A stretch of DNA of 33,158 bases from Chloroflexota bacterium (GTDB taxonomy: Bacteria > Chloroflexota > Dehalococcoidia > GIF9 > UBA5629), in the NCBI GenBank assembly GCA_037441105.1, contig JBBISW010000007.1, forward strand, positions 1 to 33,158. Reading direction: 5' to 3'. Shown piece by piece: positions 1 through 7,150 of this stretch. The number at the start of each line of letters is the position of its first letter. The first letter of the stretch is position 1. The notes under the pieces were generated by a model. It did no database searches. It was not told the DNA's origin and saw nothing but the letters and a program-made list of their open reading frames with translations. A program made the position numbers and the translations under genes.

Positions 1-54
1 CTTATACAAGATAGAAAGGCAGAAAACCAGGAGGAAAGACTAACGAAATAATAT

Positions 55-98
55 GATTACAGCGATTGATACAGATAACAGCGATTATCGCTGTAATC
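55..98 (-). terminator. Putative stem-loop/terminator downstream of the crotonase gene
   Basis: There is a perfect 12-bp inverted repeat, gattacagcgat (55-66) and atcgctgtaatc (87-98). It begins 12 nt past the minus-strand stop at 110-112. On the minus strand it is followed by a weak T-rich run (atattatttcg). A second near-copy of the left arm (gataacagcgatt, 74-86) allows an alternative local hairpin. Confidence 0.4.
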
Positions 99-109
99 TT
101 CTCTCGGGT

Positions 110-892
110 CTATTTCCCCGTATAATTAGGAGGCCGCTTCTCCAGGAAAGCCTTTGCCCCTTCCTTTTGGTCCTGGGTGCCGAAACATAGAGCGAACAAA
201 TCTGCCTCGCAATCAACGCCGACCGAAAGTGGAGTCTCCAGGGACTTGTTAACCGCAAGCTTGGCGAACTTCAAAATAGCCGGGCTCTTGCTTTTAAGCT
301 TCTTTATAACCTCATCAACCGCTTCCCTCAGCTTGTCTGCGGGGACAACTTTGTTCACCAAGCCGAGCCGCAAGGCTTCCTCAGCCGAAATGGGGTCTCC
401 GGTGAGAATCATCTCCTTTGCCTTCTTCTCCCCCACAAGCCTGGGCAACATCTGCGTCCCGGCACCACCGGGTATAACCCCGACACTTATCTCCGGCTGC
501 CCAAATCGAGCGTTCTCGGAGGCTATGATTATGTCGCAGCCCATGGCTATCTCACAGCCTCCACCTAGAGCTAGCCCATTCACCATGGCTATAACCGGCT
601 TGGGAATCTCTCTTACAAACGTATACGGTCTTTTCGTCGCCTTGGTCCAACTGACAACATTAATGGGCGTCCACTCCATAAACATGCTGATATCGGCACC
701 GGCGCTGAAGGCCCTGTCGCCTGCCCCGGTAAAAACGATGACATGCACCTCGTCATCGTCTTTGGCTTGCTCCAGGGCCACAGTGACTTCACTTAGCAAA
801 GTCTGATTTTGAGCATTAAGCTTATCAGGCCGGTTAAAGGTTATCCAGGCAACGTTGTCCTTCTTCTCGTAAATGATTGTCTCGAATTTCAT
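110..892 (-). CDS. Enoyl-CoA hydratase/isomerase (crotonase family)
   Basis: The 260-aa ORF has crotonase-fold signatures (FTGAGDRAFSAGADI, VNGLALGGGCEIAMGCD, FGQPEISVGVIPGGAGTQ). An SD sequence (agaaggggga) lies upstream of the ATG. Stop codon is TAG. Confidence 0.9.
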   Translation of the reverse strand: MKFETIIYEKKDNVAWITFNRPDKLNAQNQTLLSEVTVALEQAKDDDEVHVIVFTGAGDRAFSAGADISMFMEWTPINVVSWTKATKRPYTFVREIPKPVIAMVNGLALGGGCEIAMGCDIIIASENARFGQPEISVGVIPGGAGTQMLPRLVGEKKAKEMILTGDPISAEEALRLGLVNKVVPADKLREAVDEVIKKLKSKSPAILKFAKLAVNKSLETPLSVGVDCEADLFALCFGTQDQKEGAKAFLEKRPPNYTGK

Positions 893-929
893 ATCGTTCC
901 CCCTTCTGTATAGACTATTTTCAGCAAGA

Positions 930-2438
930 TTATACCTTCTGCTTCTCTAATTGCTTTTCAGCCCCTTTGGGTGTCACCCCCAATCTGTCGAATGAGTATT
1001 TCCCTTCAACAGGAATACCGGCCAGACGCTTGGCGATGTTCTTCACTTGCTCTATATTATAGCTACTCGAGATAGCAATCTGCTCCATCCTGGGAGAGCC
1101 ACCACCGTGGACGCCGGCATACTGCATGACGCCAGCAAGCTCCGAGCACGATATAGCCTGTACCCAGCGGAAGGCACGGTGTATGTCCTCAATGGACACA
1201 TTGGGGTTCCGCTTCATGTATTTTTCCAAAAATGGGCGAGTCTCCGGATTTAACCAATCCTCCTCGCGGGGTAAAGTCGCTGGCATGCCACCGGCAATAT
1301 CGGCCAGAATGTCGAATTCGTGGTAGATATTTACACCAGCATGCCTTCGGCTGACATTACAGTAGAGCATATCTGGAACATAAGTTCCCGAGCCTGACCT
1401 TCGGGCATTGATGGCGGCAGCAATACCCGTTCCGTAACACAGCTCAGAAGTAGAAATCATTTCGACTAGCTTCTCTCTGACATGTGCTTCCTTCTCTATT
1501 CCGTTGCATTCTGCCATTAAAGCGGTGGCACCGGTGAGCACATCTGTCATCGCCGGCTTGCAACCAGTATAGCTATGGCGATGGTATAAAGCAAACATAA
1601 GCGCCAGCTGGCCGCCAAACTCGTACTCGCCGTTAAGGAACACCCTTTCCCAGGGGACAAACACGTTATCGAAAACGGTCATAGAGTCAGCAGACCCATA
1701 AGGGCCAGGCATCCCCAGCTCCTTAGACGTTTCATAAATGGCGGCGCTGACAATCTGCTTCACCCCATCGTCATCGGCAGGGATAGCGCAGGAAACCGCC
1801 CAGGGACCTTCCTCCTTGGTCAATCGCCTTGTCGGCAGCACCAAAATCCATTCCACAACGGGGGCAACCGAATTGTGAACTTTGGCACCCCTGATAACAA
1901 TGCCATCGCTTTTCGTCTCCACCACACGAACATAGAGGTCAGGGTCTAACTGCTCATGAGGTCTCCACGGCCGGTTTCCTTTCACATCCGTCTGAGCAGC
2001 ACAGCCGGTACAGTCATTCTCCTGATAGTCTTTGAGCCAGTTCAAAAAGCGCTTGTGGTACTCTGTCCCAAATGCCTGGTCAACCTCATAAGAGATTACA
2101 GAATTCGCATTTAGGGTGTCACACCCCATACACCTGGCAATACACCCTCCAACCTGATGGCAGGTTAGTCTGGTCATCCGCTGTTTGGCCAGCAAATCGG
2201 CAACGCTCTGGTGTATGTGGCAGAACCGGTTTATCTTCTTGCCTGTCAGATGAGATGTTGCCGTAATTATATCCTCATACTCCTTGAATTCTGGGGCATG
2301 CACCATATCATAGGTCTTAGCCAATACGTTGACCGCACCCTCCAGTCGGGGATGGTCCCGGCCTATAAGCTGGCCGCTCATGTAAACATTCCGCTTCATC
2401 TTGCTCAATCTCTTCCGGTATTCACTTGATGTAATCAT
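930..2438 (-). CDS. abfD: 4-hydroxybutyryl-CoA dehydratase/vinylacetyl-CoA delta-isomerase family protein
   Basis: The ORF belongs to the AbfD/HpaB family. It contains GGCIARCMGCD (CxxxC) and YHRHSYTGCKPA (H-x6-C), matching my recollection of the [4Fe-4S] ligand pattern of Clostridium aminobutyricum AbfD (Cys99/Cys103/His292/Cys299). I chose the start at the ATG at 2436-2438, which is directly preceded by aggaggagg. The 17 codons upstream in the ORF track are rejected. Confidence 0.8.
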   Translation of the reverse strand: MITSSEYRKRLSKMKRNVYMSGQLIGRDHPRLEGAVNVLAKTYDMVHAPEFKEYEDIITATSHLTGKKINRFCHIHQSVADLLAKQRMTRLTCHQVGGCIARCMGCDTLNANSVISYEVDQAFGTEYHKRFLNWLKDYQENDCTGCAAQTDVKGNRPWRPHEQLDPDLYVRVVETKSDGIVIRGAKVHNSVAPVVEWILVLPTRRLTKEEGPWAVSCAIPADDDGVKQIVSAAIYETSKELGMPGPYGSADSMTVFDNVFVPWERVFLNGEYEFGGQLALMFALYHRHSYTGCKPAMTDVLTGATALMAECNGIEKEAHVREKLVEMISTSELCYGTGIAAAINARRSGSGTYVPDMLYCNVSRRHAGVNIYHEFDILADIAGGMPATLPREEDWLNPETRPFLEKYMKRNPNVSIEDIHRAFRWVQAISCSELAGVMQYAGVHGGGSPRMEQIAISSSYNIEQVKNIAKRLAGIPVEGKYSFDRLGVTPKGAEKQLEKQKV

Positions 2439-2469
2439 TTTCCTCCTCCTGTATAAAATCTTGTATCGC

Positions 2470-3237
2470 TTATATGGTAGCGCCACCATCTATGGCCAAG
2501 ACTTGCCCGGTCACATAACTGGAAGCATCAGAAGCAAAATAAACAGCAGCCCCTACCATCTCCTCAGGTTCGGCGATGCGCTTCATCGGGGTTCCAAACA
2601 TAGCACCCTGGAGTATGTCAGGATTACCCCAAAGGGCTTCGCTGAAGCGAGTCTTAGTGAGCCCTGGAGCTATACAGTTTACCCTTATGTTGTATTGAGC
2701 CCACTGCTGCGCCATGACCTTGGTTGCCATAATCACTCCAGCCTTACTTATGGAGTAAACTGGTAATATGTCTGGGGTAATCCCGGCCGTCGAGGCAATA
2801 TTTATAATCTTGCCACCACCCTGCTCCCTCATCACCCTGGCTACCGCCTGGCTAAGAAAGAACAGACCCTTTAGATTGAGATTCATAACAGAGTCCCAGA
2901 CACGCTCCTCCACATCTATTGCCGGGTCCATAGTCGGGTTGGTACCAGCGTTATTGACTAAGATGTCTATTCTGCCAAATTCCCCTTTGACCTTGTCAAC
3001 TAGATTCTTTATTTCTTCCACCCTGCCTACATGCGCGGCTACCGCCAATGATCTCCTGCCCACTCCCTTTATCTCTATCGCTACCTGCTCCAGGTCAGGC
3101 AACTTCCGACTGGCTAAAGCAACGTCGGCACCAGCTTTGGCCAGGCCAACAGCAATCGCCTTCCCGATGCCACGACTGCCACCGGTTACCAGAGCCACCT
3201 TGCCTTTTAGGGAGAATTTATCCGGAGAAAAATCCAT
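2470..3237 (-). CDS. Short-chain dehydrogenase/reductase (FabG-like oxidoreductase)
   Basis: The 255-aa ORF has TGGSRGIG (TGxxxGIG), NNAG and YSISKAG (YxxxK) motifs. AGGAGG lies upstream of the ATG. Confidence 0.9.
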   Translation of the reverse strand: MDFSPDKFSLKGKVALVTGGSRGIGKAIAVGLAKAGADVALASRKLPDLEQVAIEIKGVGRRSLAVAAHVGRVEEIKNLVDKVKGEFGRIDILVNNAGTNPTMDPAIDVEERVWDSVMNLNLKGLFFLSQAVARVMREQGGGKIINIASTAGITPDILPVYSISKAGVIMATKVMAQQWAQYNIRVNCIAPGLTKTRFSEALWGNPDILQGAMFGTPMKRIAEPEEMVGAAVYFASDASSYVTGQVLAIDGGATI

Positions 3238-3284
3238 TTTCTGACACCTCCTAAAATAAGATTTGTTAGCTTTGGTTAAAAGCC

Positions 3285-3312
3285 GACATCAAAGTATATA
3301 TCGCCAAGAGCA
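3285..3312 (-). promoter_or_regulatory. Candidate sigma70-type promoter for the SDR-abfD-crotonase genes
   Basis: On the minus strand the sequence reads TTGCGA (3312-3307), a 16-nt spacer, then TATATA (3290-3285). This lies about 50 nt upstream of the SDR start codon. The call rests on pattern match only. Confidence 0.3.
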
Positions 3313-3372
3313 TAATTCGCAACCAAAACCTTGATGAAATAGAGAGGCAGAAGTATTGTCTATAACAGATTA

Positions 3373-3411
3373 TGGTGGGCGATAGTGGACTTGAACCACA
3401 GGGCTAATCGC
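3373..3411 (-). other. tRNA-like minihelix (acceptor-like stem, T-arm and CCACCA); not a complete tRNA
   Basis: The minus strand reads GCGAT-tagccc-TGTGG-TTCAAGT-CCACT-ATCGC-CCACCA. That gives a canonical GGTTCAAGTCC T-loop, a 5-bp closing helix and a 3' CCA. No D-arm or anticodon arm can be folded from the upstream sequence. The element begins 14 nt after the ACT gene stop codon. Confidence 0.5.
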
Positions 3412-3424
3412 TTCGAGGCAAGTA

Positions 3425-3856
3425 TTACAGTGAATAGATTTCCTTCCCAAAAGTATGGACCCAGTTCTTTTTCAGAGCCTCTATCGCCTCTTTGGTTTTG
3501 TCCACGCCGATGATGACTATAGGCTGGCCACTTTCTCCTCTGCCCAGGTAGGTATAAAAATAGCATACGTTGATATTTGCCTCACGTAGTGGTTTCAGCA
3601 CAGCTTGGAGGCCACCGGGGTGGTCAGGGACTTCCACTGCGATGACATCTGTTTCGTGTACCGAGTAACCGTGACTCTTGAGCACGTTGGCCGTTTTTTC
3701 CGGGTTATCGGTAACAAATCTCACCGTGCTGAAATCAGACGTGTCAGCTACCGAAATAGCCCTGATGTTTATCCCCTCCCTCCCCAGACATTCGCTCACA
3801 GCCAAGAATTTACCCGGCACATTTTCTAAGGTTATCGAAATTTGTTTCACACACAT
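3425..3856 (-). CDS. Tandem ACT-domain (small-molecule-binding) protein
   Basis: The 143-aa ORF contains two ACT-like beta-alpha-beta-beta-alpha-beta units (ISITLENVPGKF..., IAVEVPDHPGGL...). A GGAG SD sequence is present. The gene follows the OFOR gamma gene. Confidence 0.75.
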   Translation of the reverse strand: MCVKQISITLENVPGKFLAVSECLGREGINIRAISVADTSDFSTVRFVTDNPEKTANVLKSHGYSVHETDVIAVEVPDHPGGLQAVLKPLREANINVCYFYTYLGRGESGQPIVIIGVDKTKEAIEALKKNWVHTFGKEIYSL

Positions 3857-3888
3857 AGCTTGCTCTCCAGTTTTAATTTAACTCAATA

Positions 3889-4419
3889 TCAGAACAGGTC
3901 GTATCCCGCCTTTAAGGCTTTTTCATTGACAGCAATCAGTTTTTGTTTCGTGCCTAGAATATACTTCAATCCTTCAACCACGCTGGAAAGGGAAACCAGG
4001 CTGGTTTTTTTAGTGAATGCACCCAACATTACCATGTTAGCGGCCCTGGGACTTCCTAACTTTTCCGCAATACTATTTGCTGGCACACTAATGACGCTAA
4101 TATCACCCCTTGAGATTTCGGATTCTACCAGAGAGGAATTGATGAAGAACAGGCCACCTGATTGAATCTGATTTTGGAATCTAACCGCAGAGGGCTGGTT
4201 CATGGCAATAACAAACTCCGGCGACGAAGCAACAGGAGATGCAATCTCATCATCTGATATGGCCACCGTGCAATTGGCGGTGCCACCACGAACCTCGGCA
4301 CCATAGGACGGCAAATAAGTTACATTTTTACCTTCAAGCATTGCCGCCTGGGTTAGATTGAGCCCCATAGAGAGAACACCCTGACCGCCAAAACCGGCGA
4401 TTATCGTCTTAATCAGCAT
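3889..4419 (-). CDS. 2-oxoacid:ferredoxin oxidoreductase, gamma subunit
   Basis: The 176-aa ORF begins IAGFGGQGVLSMG, typical of POR/KOR gamma subunits. Its start overlaps the end of the beta gene. Stop codon is TGA. Confidence 0.9.
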   Translation of the reverse strand: MLIKTIIAGFGGQGVLSMGLNLTQAAMLEGKNVTYLPSYGAEVRGGTANCTVAISDDEIASPVASSPEFVIAMNQPSAVRFQNQIQSGGLFFINSSLVESEISRGDISVISVPANSIAEKLGSPRAANMVMLGAFTKKTSLVSLSSVVEGLKYILGTKQKLIAVNEKALKAGYDLF

Positions 4420-5164
4420 CTTTTCTACCCGTGATGTCTTTGATTACACCCAACGGAAATACCTTGGCCATCTCCTTGTCCACCCATTGCCATGCTTCCA
4501 CAGAGCTCATTTTCCAGTTGGTTGGACAGGGGGAGAGAATTTCCACCATGGCAAAACCGAGCTTATCAAGTTGCACCTGGAACGCTCTCTGGATAGCTTT
4601 TTTCGTTTTCCTGATGTTGGCTGGGGAGTTCACTGCCACCCGCTCAATGTATGCCGCACCTTCAATCAGGGCTAAGATTTCGCTCATCTTTATGGGATGC
4701 CCTTCCAGAACAGTATCACGTCCGTACGGCGTGGTGGTTGTTGTTTGGCCAGCGAGAGTAGTCGGTGCCATCTGCCCACCAGTCATTCCATAGACGGCCT
4801 TGTCGATAAAAATGGAGGTTATGTTTTCTCCTCTGTTGGCAGCATGTATAGTCTCGGCGGTCCCGATGCCGGCAAGGTCACCATCACCCTGGTAGGTGAA
4901 GACAACGGCTTCTGGGAAAGCACGCTTGATGCCAGTAGCCACGGCAGCACCCCTCCCATGTGCCGATTCCGCCATATCCACGTCGAAATAGTAATAAGCA
5001 AAGACGGAGCAGCCCGGAGGTGGAATGCCGATGACTTTATCCTGAAGGTTCATCTCATCAATGACTTCGCAGATAAGCCTGTGGACAATAGAGTGCCCAC
5101 ACCCCGGGCAATAGTGAAAGGTATTTCTCTTCAAAGATTTAGGCCTGGTAAATACTTTCTTCAC
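4409..5164 (-). CDS. 2-oxoacid:ferredoxin oxidoreductase, beta (TPP-binding) subunit
   Basis: The 251-aa ORF has a YCPGCGH motif near the N-terminus and a GDGD...G TPP-binding motif (TYQGDGDLAGIG). The GTG start overlaps the alpha-gene stop (GTGA). Confidence 0.9.
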   Translation of the reverse strand: MKKVFTRPKSLKRNTFHYCPGCGHSIVHRLICEVIDEMNLQDKVIGIPPPGCSVFAYYYFDVDMAESAHGRGAAVATGIKRAFPEAVVFTYQGDGDLAGIGTAETIHAANRGENITSIFIDKAVYGMTGGQMAPTTLAGQTTTTTPYGRDTVLEGHPIKMSEILALIEGAAYIERVAVNSPANIRKTKKAIQRAFQVQLDKLGFAMVEILSPCPTNWKMSSVEAWQWVDKEMAKVFPLGVIKDITGRKDAD

Positions 5165-5454
5165 TTATTCAAACCCTTCTGATAATAAAGACGCGAGATT
5201 ACCCGAGCTACCTCGCTTGGCATAGGAATTACCCCTCCCGGTCTCCCGTAGAAGGAGACTTCGCCTTTGCCTTCTAGAGCCAGTTGCACATCCTCTATCA
5301 TCTGCCCCATATTCATCTCAAAGACTAAGAATTGTTTCAATCTCTTCGCCAATTCTTTCACTGCTTCATCAGGAAACGGCCAGAGAGTAATCGGCCTCAG
5401 CAGTCCGACCTTTAAACCTTCCGTTCTTACCGTCCTGATGGCTCCTTTGGCAAT
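5161..5454 (-). pseudogene. C-terminal part of the OFOR alpha subunit, in the same frame as 5458-6231 but separated from it by an in-frame TGA
   Basis: Translating immediately 3' of the TGA at 5455-5457 gives IAKGAIRTVRTEGLKVGLLRPITLWPFPDEAVKELAKRLKQFLVFEMNMGQM... This is the conserved C-terminal domain of KorA/PorA-type alpha subunits. There is no frameshift: 6231 minus 5361 equals 870, a multiple of 3. Confidence 0.8.
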
Positions 5455-6231
5455 TCAAGCTGCTATGCCGAAAGCAACCACTATTAACTCAGCATCTTCT
5501 GCCAAAAATGTTTCGTAGGCAGTCTCGTCTCTCTTGATTAATTCGTATCTTCTGAATAAGCTCCAGTTGATCTCTTCCAGCTCGGCCGGATTTGAGGTAA
5601 AGGTCTTAATGATTTTGCTGGGCCGTCCCTTCGCCCCTCTCAATGCGTCACTCCTGACTGGCAATTCCGCCGGGGCGTCATGCTTGAACTCTACTGGCTC
5701 CATCATCTGGCCCAAAATGCCATCGCCGAGGATAATCACGGGAATTTTATATTTGTCAGCAAGCTCAAAAGCTTTGTGGGTTATGTCTGCCAACTCCTGC
5801 ACTGATGAAGGCGCTAAAACTATCGTCCTATAATCTCCGTGACCTCCACCCCGAGTGGCTTGAAAATAATCTGACTGCGCGGCCACTATGCTTCCCAACC
5901 CCGGACCACCTCTGGACATGTTGACAATAACCGCCGGAAGCTCACAGGCTGCTAGATAGGAAATTCCTTCCTGCTTCAGGATGATACCAGGGCTAGATGA
6001 GGAGGTCATTGTCCTGACCCCAACCAGGCTGGCTCCATAGACCATGTTTATGGCGGCAATTTCACTCTCTGCCTGGACAAAAGAGCTGCCCTTCCTTCGG
6101 CTTAAGTGAGTAGCCATATACTCGGTCAGCTCGTTCTGAGGCGTTATGGGATATCCGAAGTAGCTCTGGCAGCCCGCCCTGATGGCTGCCTCACCGATGG
6201 CAGCATTCCCGGTCATGAGGACTTTAGCCAC
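5455..6231 (-). CDS. 2-oxoacid:ferredoxin oxidoreductase alpha subunit, N-terminal 258 codons ending at an internal TGA
   Basis: The sequence MAKVLMTGNAAIGEAAIRAGCQSYFGYPITPQNE... is a typical OFOR alpha N-terminus. The ORF stops at ...VVAFGIAA-TGA. Homologues continue at this point (my recollection of the family: G-x-x-A-R-I/S-A-K). Confidence 0.85.
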   Translation of the reverse strand: MAKVLMTGNAAIGEAAIRAGCQSYFGYPITPQNELTEYMATHLSRRKGSSFVQAESEIAAINMVYGASLVGVRTMTSSSSPGIILKQEGISYLAACELPAVIVNMSRGGPGLGSIVAAQSDYFQATRGGGHGDYRTIVLAPSSVQELADITHKAFELADKYKIPVIILGDGILGQMMEPVEFKHDAPAELPVRSDALRGAKGRPSKIIKTFTSNPAELEEINWSLFRRYELIKRDETAYETFLAEDAELIVVAFGIAA

Positions 6232-6433
6232 GATATACCTCTATTGCCACCTCCGGACAGACCAGGGCACAGATGGCACATCCTGTACATTCGCCATTAT
6301 CATTGAAGGCGGCCGGCAGATAACCATTGCCATTCAATTTATCAGAGACAGAAATAATACCCTTGGGGCAGAAGGAAATACAGAGTTCACACCCTTTGCA
6401 CAACTCACGGGAAATTTCAATCGTTCCTTTCAT
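6224..6433 (-). CDS. OFOR delta subunit (2x[4Fe-4S] ferredoxin)
   Basis: The 69-aa ORF has two CxxCxxCxxxCP motifs (CKGCELCISFCP and CTGCAICALVCP). Its end overlaps the alpha gene start by 8 nt. Confidence 0.9.
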   Translation of the reverse strand: MKGTIEISRELCKGCELCISFCPKGIISVSDKLNGNGYLPAAFNDNGECTGCAICALVCPEVAIEVYRG

Positions 6434-6532
6434 CTCATCTTAATCTCTGTTCTTGGAAGTTAACCGTGATTTCTCTAAAATCGGACAAGCCAAAGCAAGA
6501 TTATCCCAGCTCTCTGCTCCCATTTCCCTATA

Positions 6533-6561
6533 ATTGTATGCACAAATGCCCGTCGTGACAA
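6533..6561 (-). promoter_or_regulatory. Candidate sigma70-type promoter of the OFOR operon
   Basis: On the minus strand the sequence reads TTGTCA (6561-6556), a 17-nt spacer, then TACAAT (6538-6533). This lies about 95 nt upstream of the delta-subunit ATG. Confidence 0.45.
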
Positions 6562-6584
6562 GTTTCCAAATTTTTTATTAGTGG

Positions 6585-6641
6585 TGTAGCGGCGAGGCTT
6601 TAGCCTCGCTACGAAAAGCGACCCTGAAGGGTCGCAGCTAC
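6585..6641. repeat. REP/BIME-like double hairpin (family A, copy 1)
   Basis: The sequence is TGTAGC-g-GCGAGGC-ttta-GCCTCGC-tacgaaaa-GCGACCC-tgaa-GGGTCGC-a-GCTACA. It contains two 7-bp GC-rich hairpins. Each is headed by TGTAGC when read on its own strand. A near-identical copy lies at 10910-10960. Confidence 0.85.
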
Positions 6642-6732
6642 ATTAGGAATAAATTGTCAATAAACACCCTCTAAAAGCAGCAATCATATTCGGGAGAGCA
6701 AAGCAAAAGTGTTCACTTTGAAAAAGCAGCAG

Positions 6733-6769
6733 ATAAAAAATAACGGACTCCATTATGAGTTTGGAGCCC
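6733..6769 (-). terminator. Putative intrinsic terminator of ssrA
   Basis: The minus strand reads GGGCTCC-aaactcataat-GGAGTCC, a 7-bp stem with one G-U pair, followed by gttatttttTat. The element starts about 10 nt after the tmRNA CCA end. Confidence 0.5.
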
Positions 6770-6779
6770 GCTAATTTTC

Positions 6780-7126
6780 TGGTGGAGGCGGGGGAGGGTT
6801 GAACTCCCCGTCCAGAAGAAGGTTGCCAGAATCTGCTACAAGTTTAGCCAGCTTTCTTATCTCGCCTAACCAGCCTCTGCTGGCGAAGCATGGCCAGGCC
6901 AGTCGATAATTCTTAGCCAACCTCTATCGACGTCAAGGTTGGAGCGCCCCGACTTTTCGTCACCCAATCCCAACCCATCGGGGTGAGGTCAGGTTGGATG
7001 TGCAACCTTAATTAGGCTGCGATCGGAACTGCTTCGGCAGTTGTCTTTTGCCACCTGTTTTACGAGGTAGATGGCACCTCGACCTGCTATCCTGTAGGCC
7101 TTCCACTGTCGAAGCCTCACGCCCCC
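6780..7126 (-). ncRNA. ssrA: tmRNA (ssrA)
   Basis: The minus-strand 5' end is GGGGGCGTGAGGCTTCGACAGTGG. The 3' end is GGACGGGGAGTTCAACCCTCCCCCGCCTCCACCA. The acceptor stem GGGGGCG/CGCCTCC includes the G3-U70 pair. A candidate tag frame ends ...GCC GAA GCA GTT CCG ATC GCA GCC TAA (AEAVPIAA-stop). The gene is adjacent to smpB. Confidence 0.93.
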
Positions 7127-7150
7127 AAAACTAAGTTTTTAATGTGCTCT

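Noticed and set aside
177-806. Long antisense ORFs opposite well-supported genes. Examples are 177-806(+), 2768-3244(+), 4697-5182(+), 11425-11805(-), 14135-14740(-), 23578-24282(-), 25732-26436(-) and 27251-27769(-).
   Set aside because: Each lies entirely inside a gene with strong family signatures on the other strand. Their translations are low-complexity (Ser/Pro/Ala/Thr-rich) and lack SD sequences. These are typical shadow ORFs.
2439-2489. The 17-codon N-terminal extension of the abfD ORF in the track (MVALPYKRYKILYRRRK).
   Set aside because: The internal ATG at 2438 is immediately preceded by AGGAGGAGG, and homologues start near MITSSEYRK. The extension would also overlap the SDR gene's end.
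3373-3450. A complete tRNA gene on the minus strand overlapping the end of the ACT gene.
   Set aside because: Only the T-arm, a short closing helix and the CCA can be formed. The 76 nt upstream of the CCA give no 7-bp acceptor pairing (GGGAAGG against ATCGCCC), no D-arm and no 7-nt anticodon loop.
5455-5457. Interpreting the in-frame TGA in korA as selenocysteine, or as evidence for a TGA-sense genetic code.
   Set aside because: The position aligns with a conserved Arg, not with Cys or an active-site residue. I could not fold a convincing SECIS-like hairpin immediately downstream. TGA also terminates the gamma and alpha genes of this same operon at their expected ends, so a global reassignment is unlikely. 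The point remains open as a finding because it needs read-level data.
6434-6779. An ssrA-targeted genomic island, as known for Dehalococcoides, downstream of the tmRNA 3' end.
   Set aside because: Reading by eye, I found no second copy of the terminal ~20 nt of ssrA (tggtggaggcgggggagggtt on the plus strand) at lower coordinates. There is no integrase, and the adjacent genes are ordinary metabolic genes. A computational search on the whole contig would be needed to be definitive.
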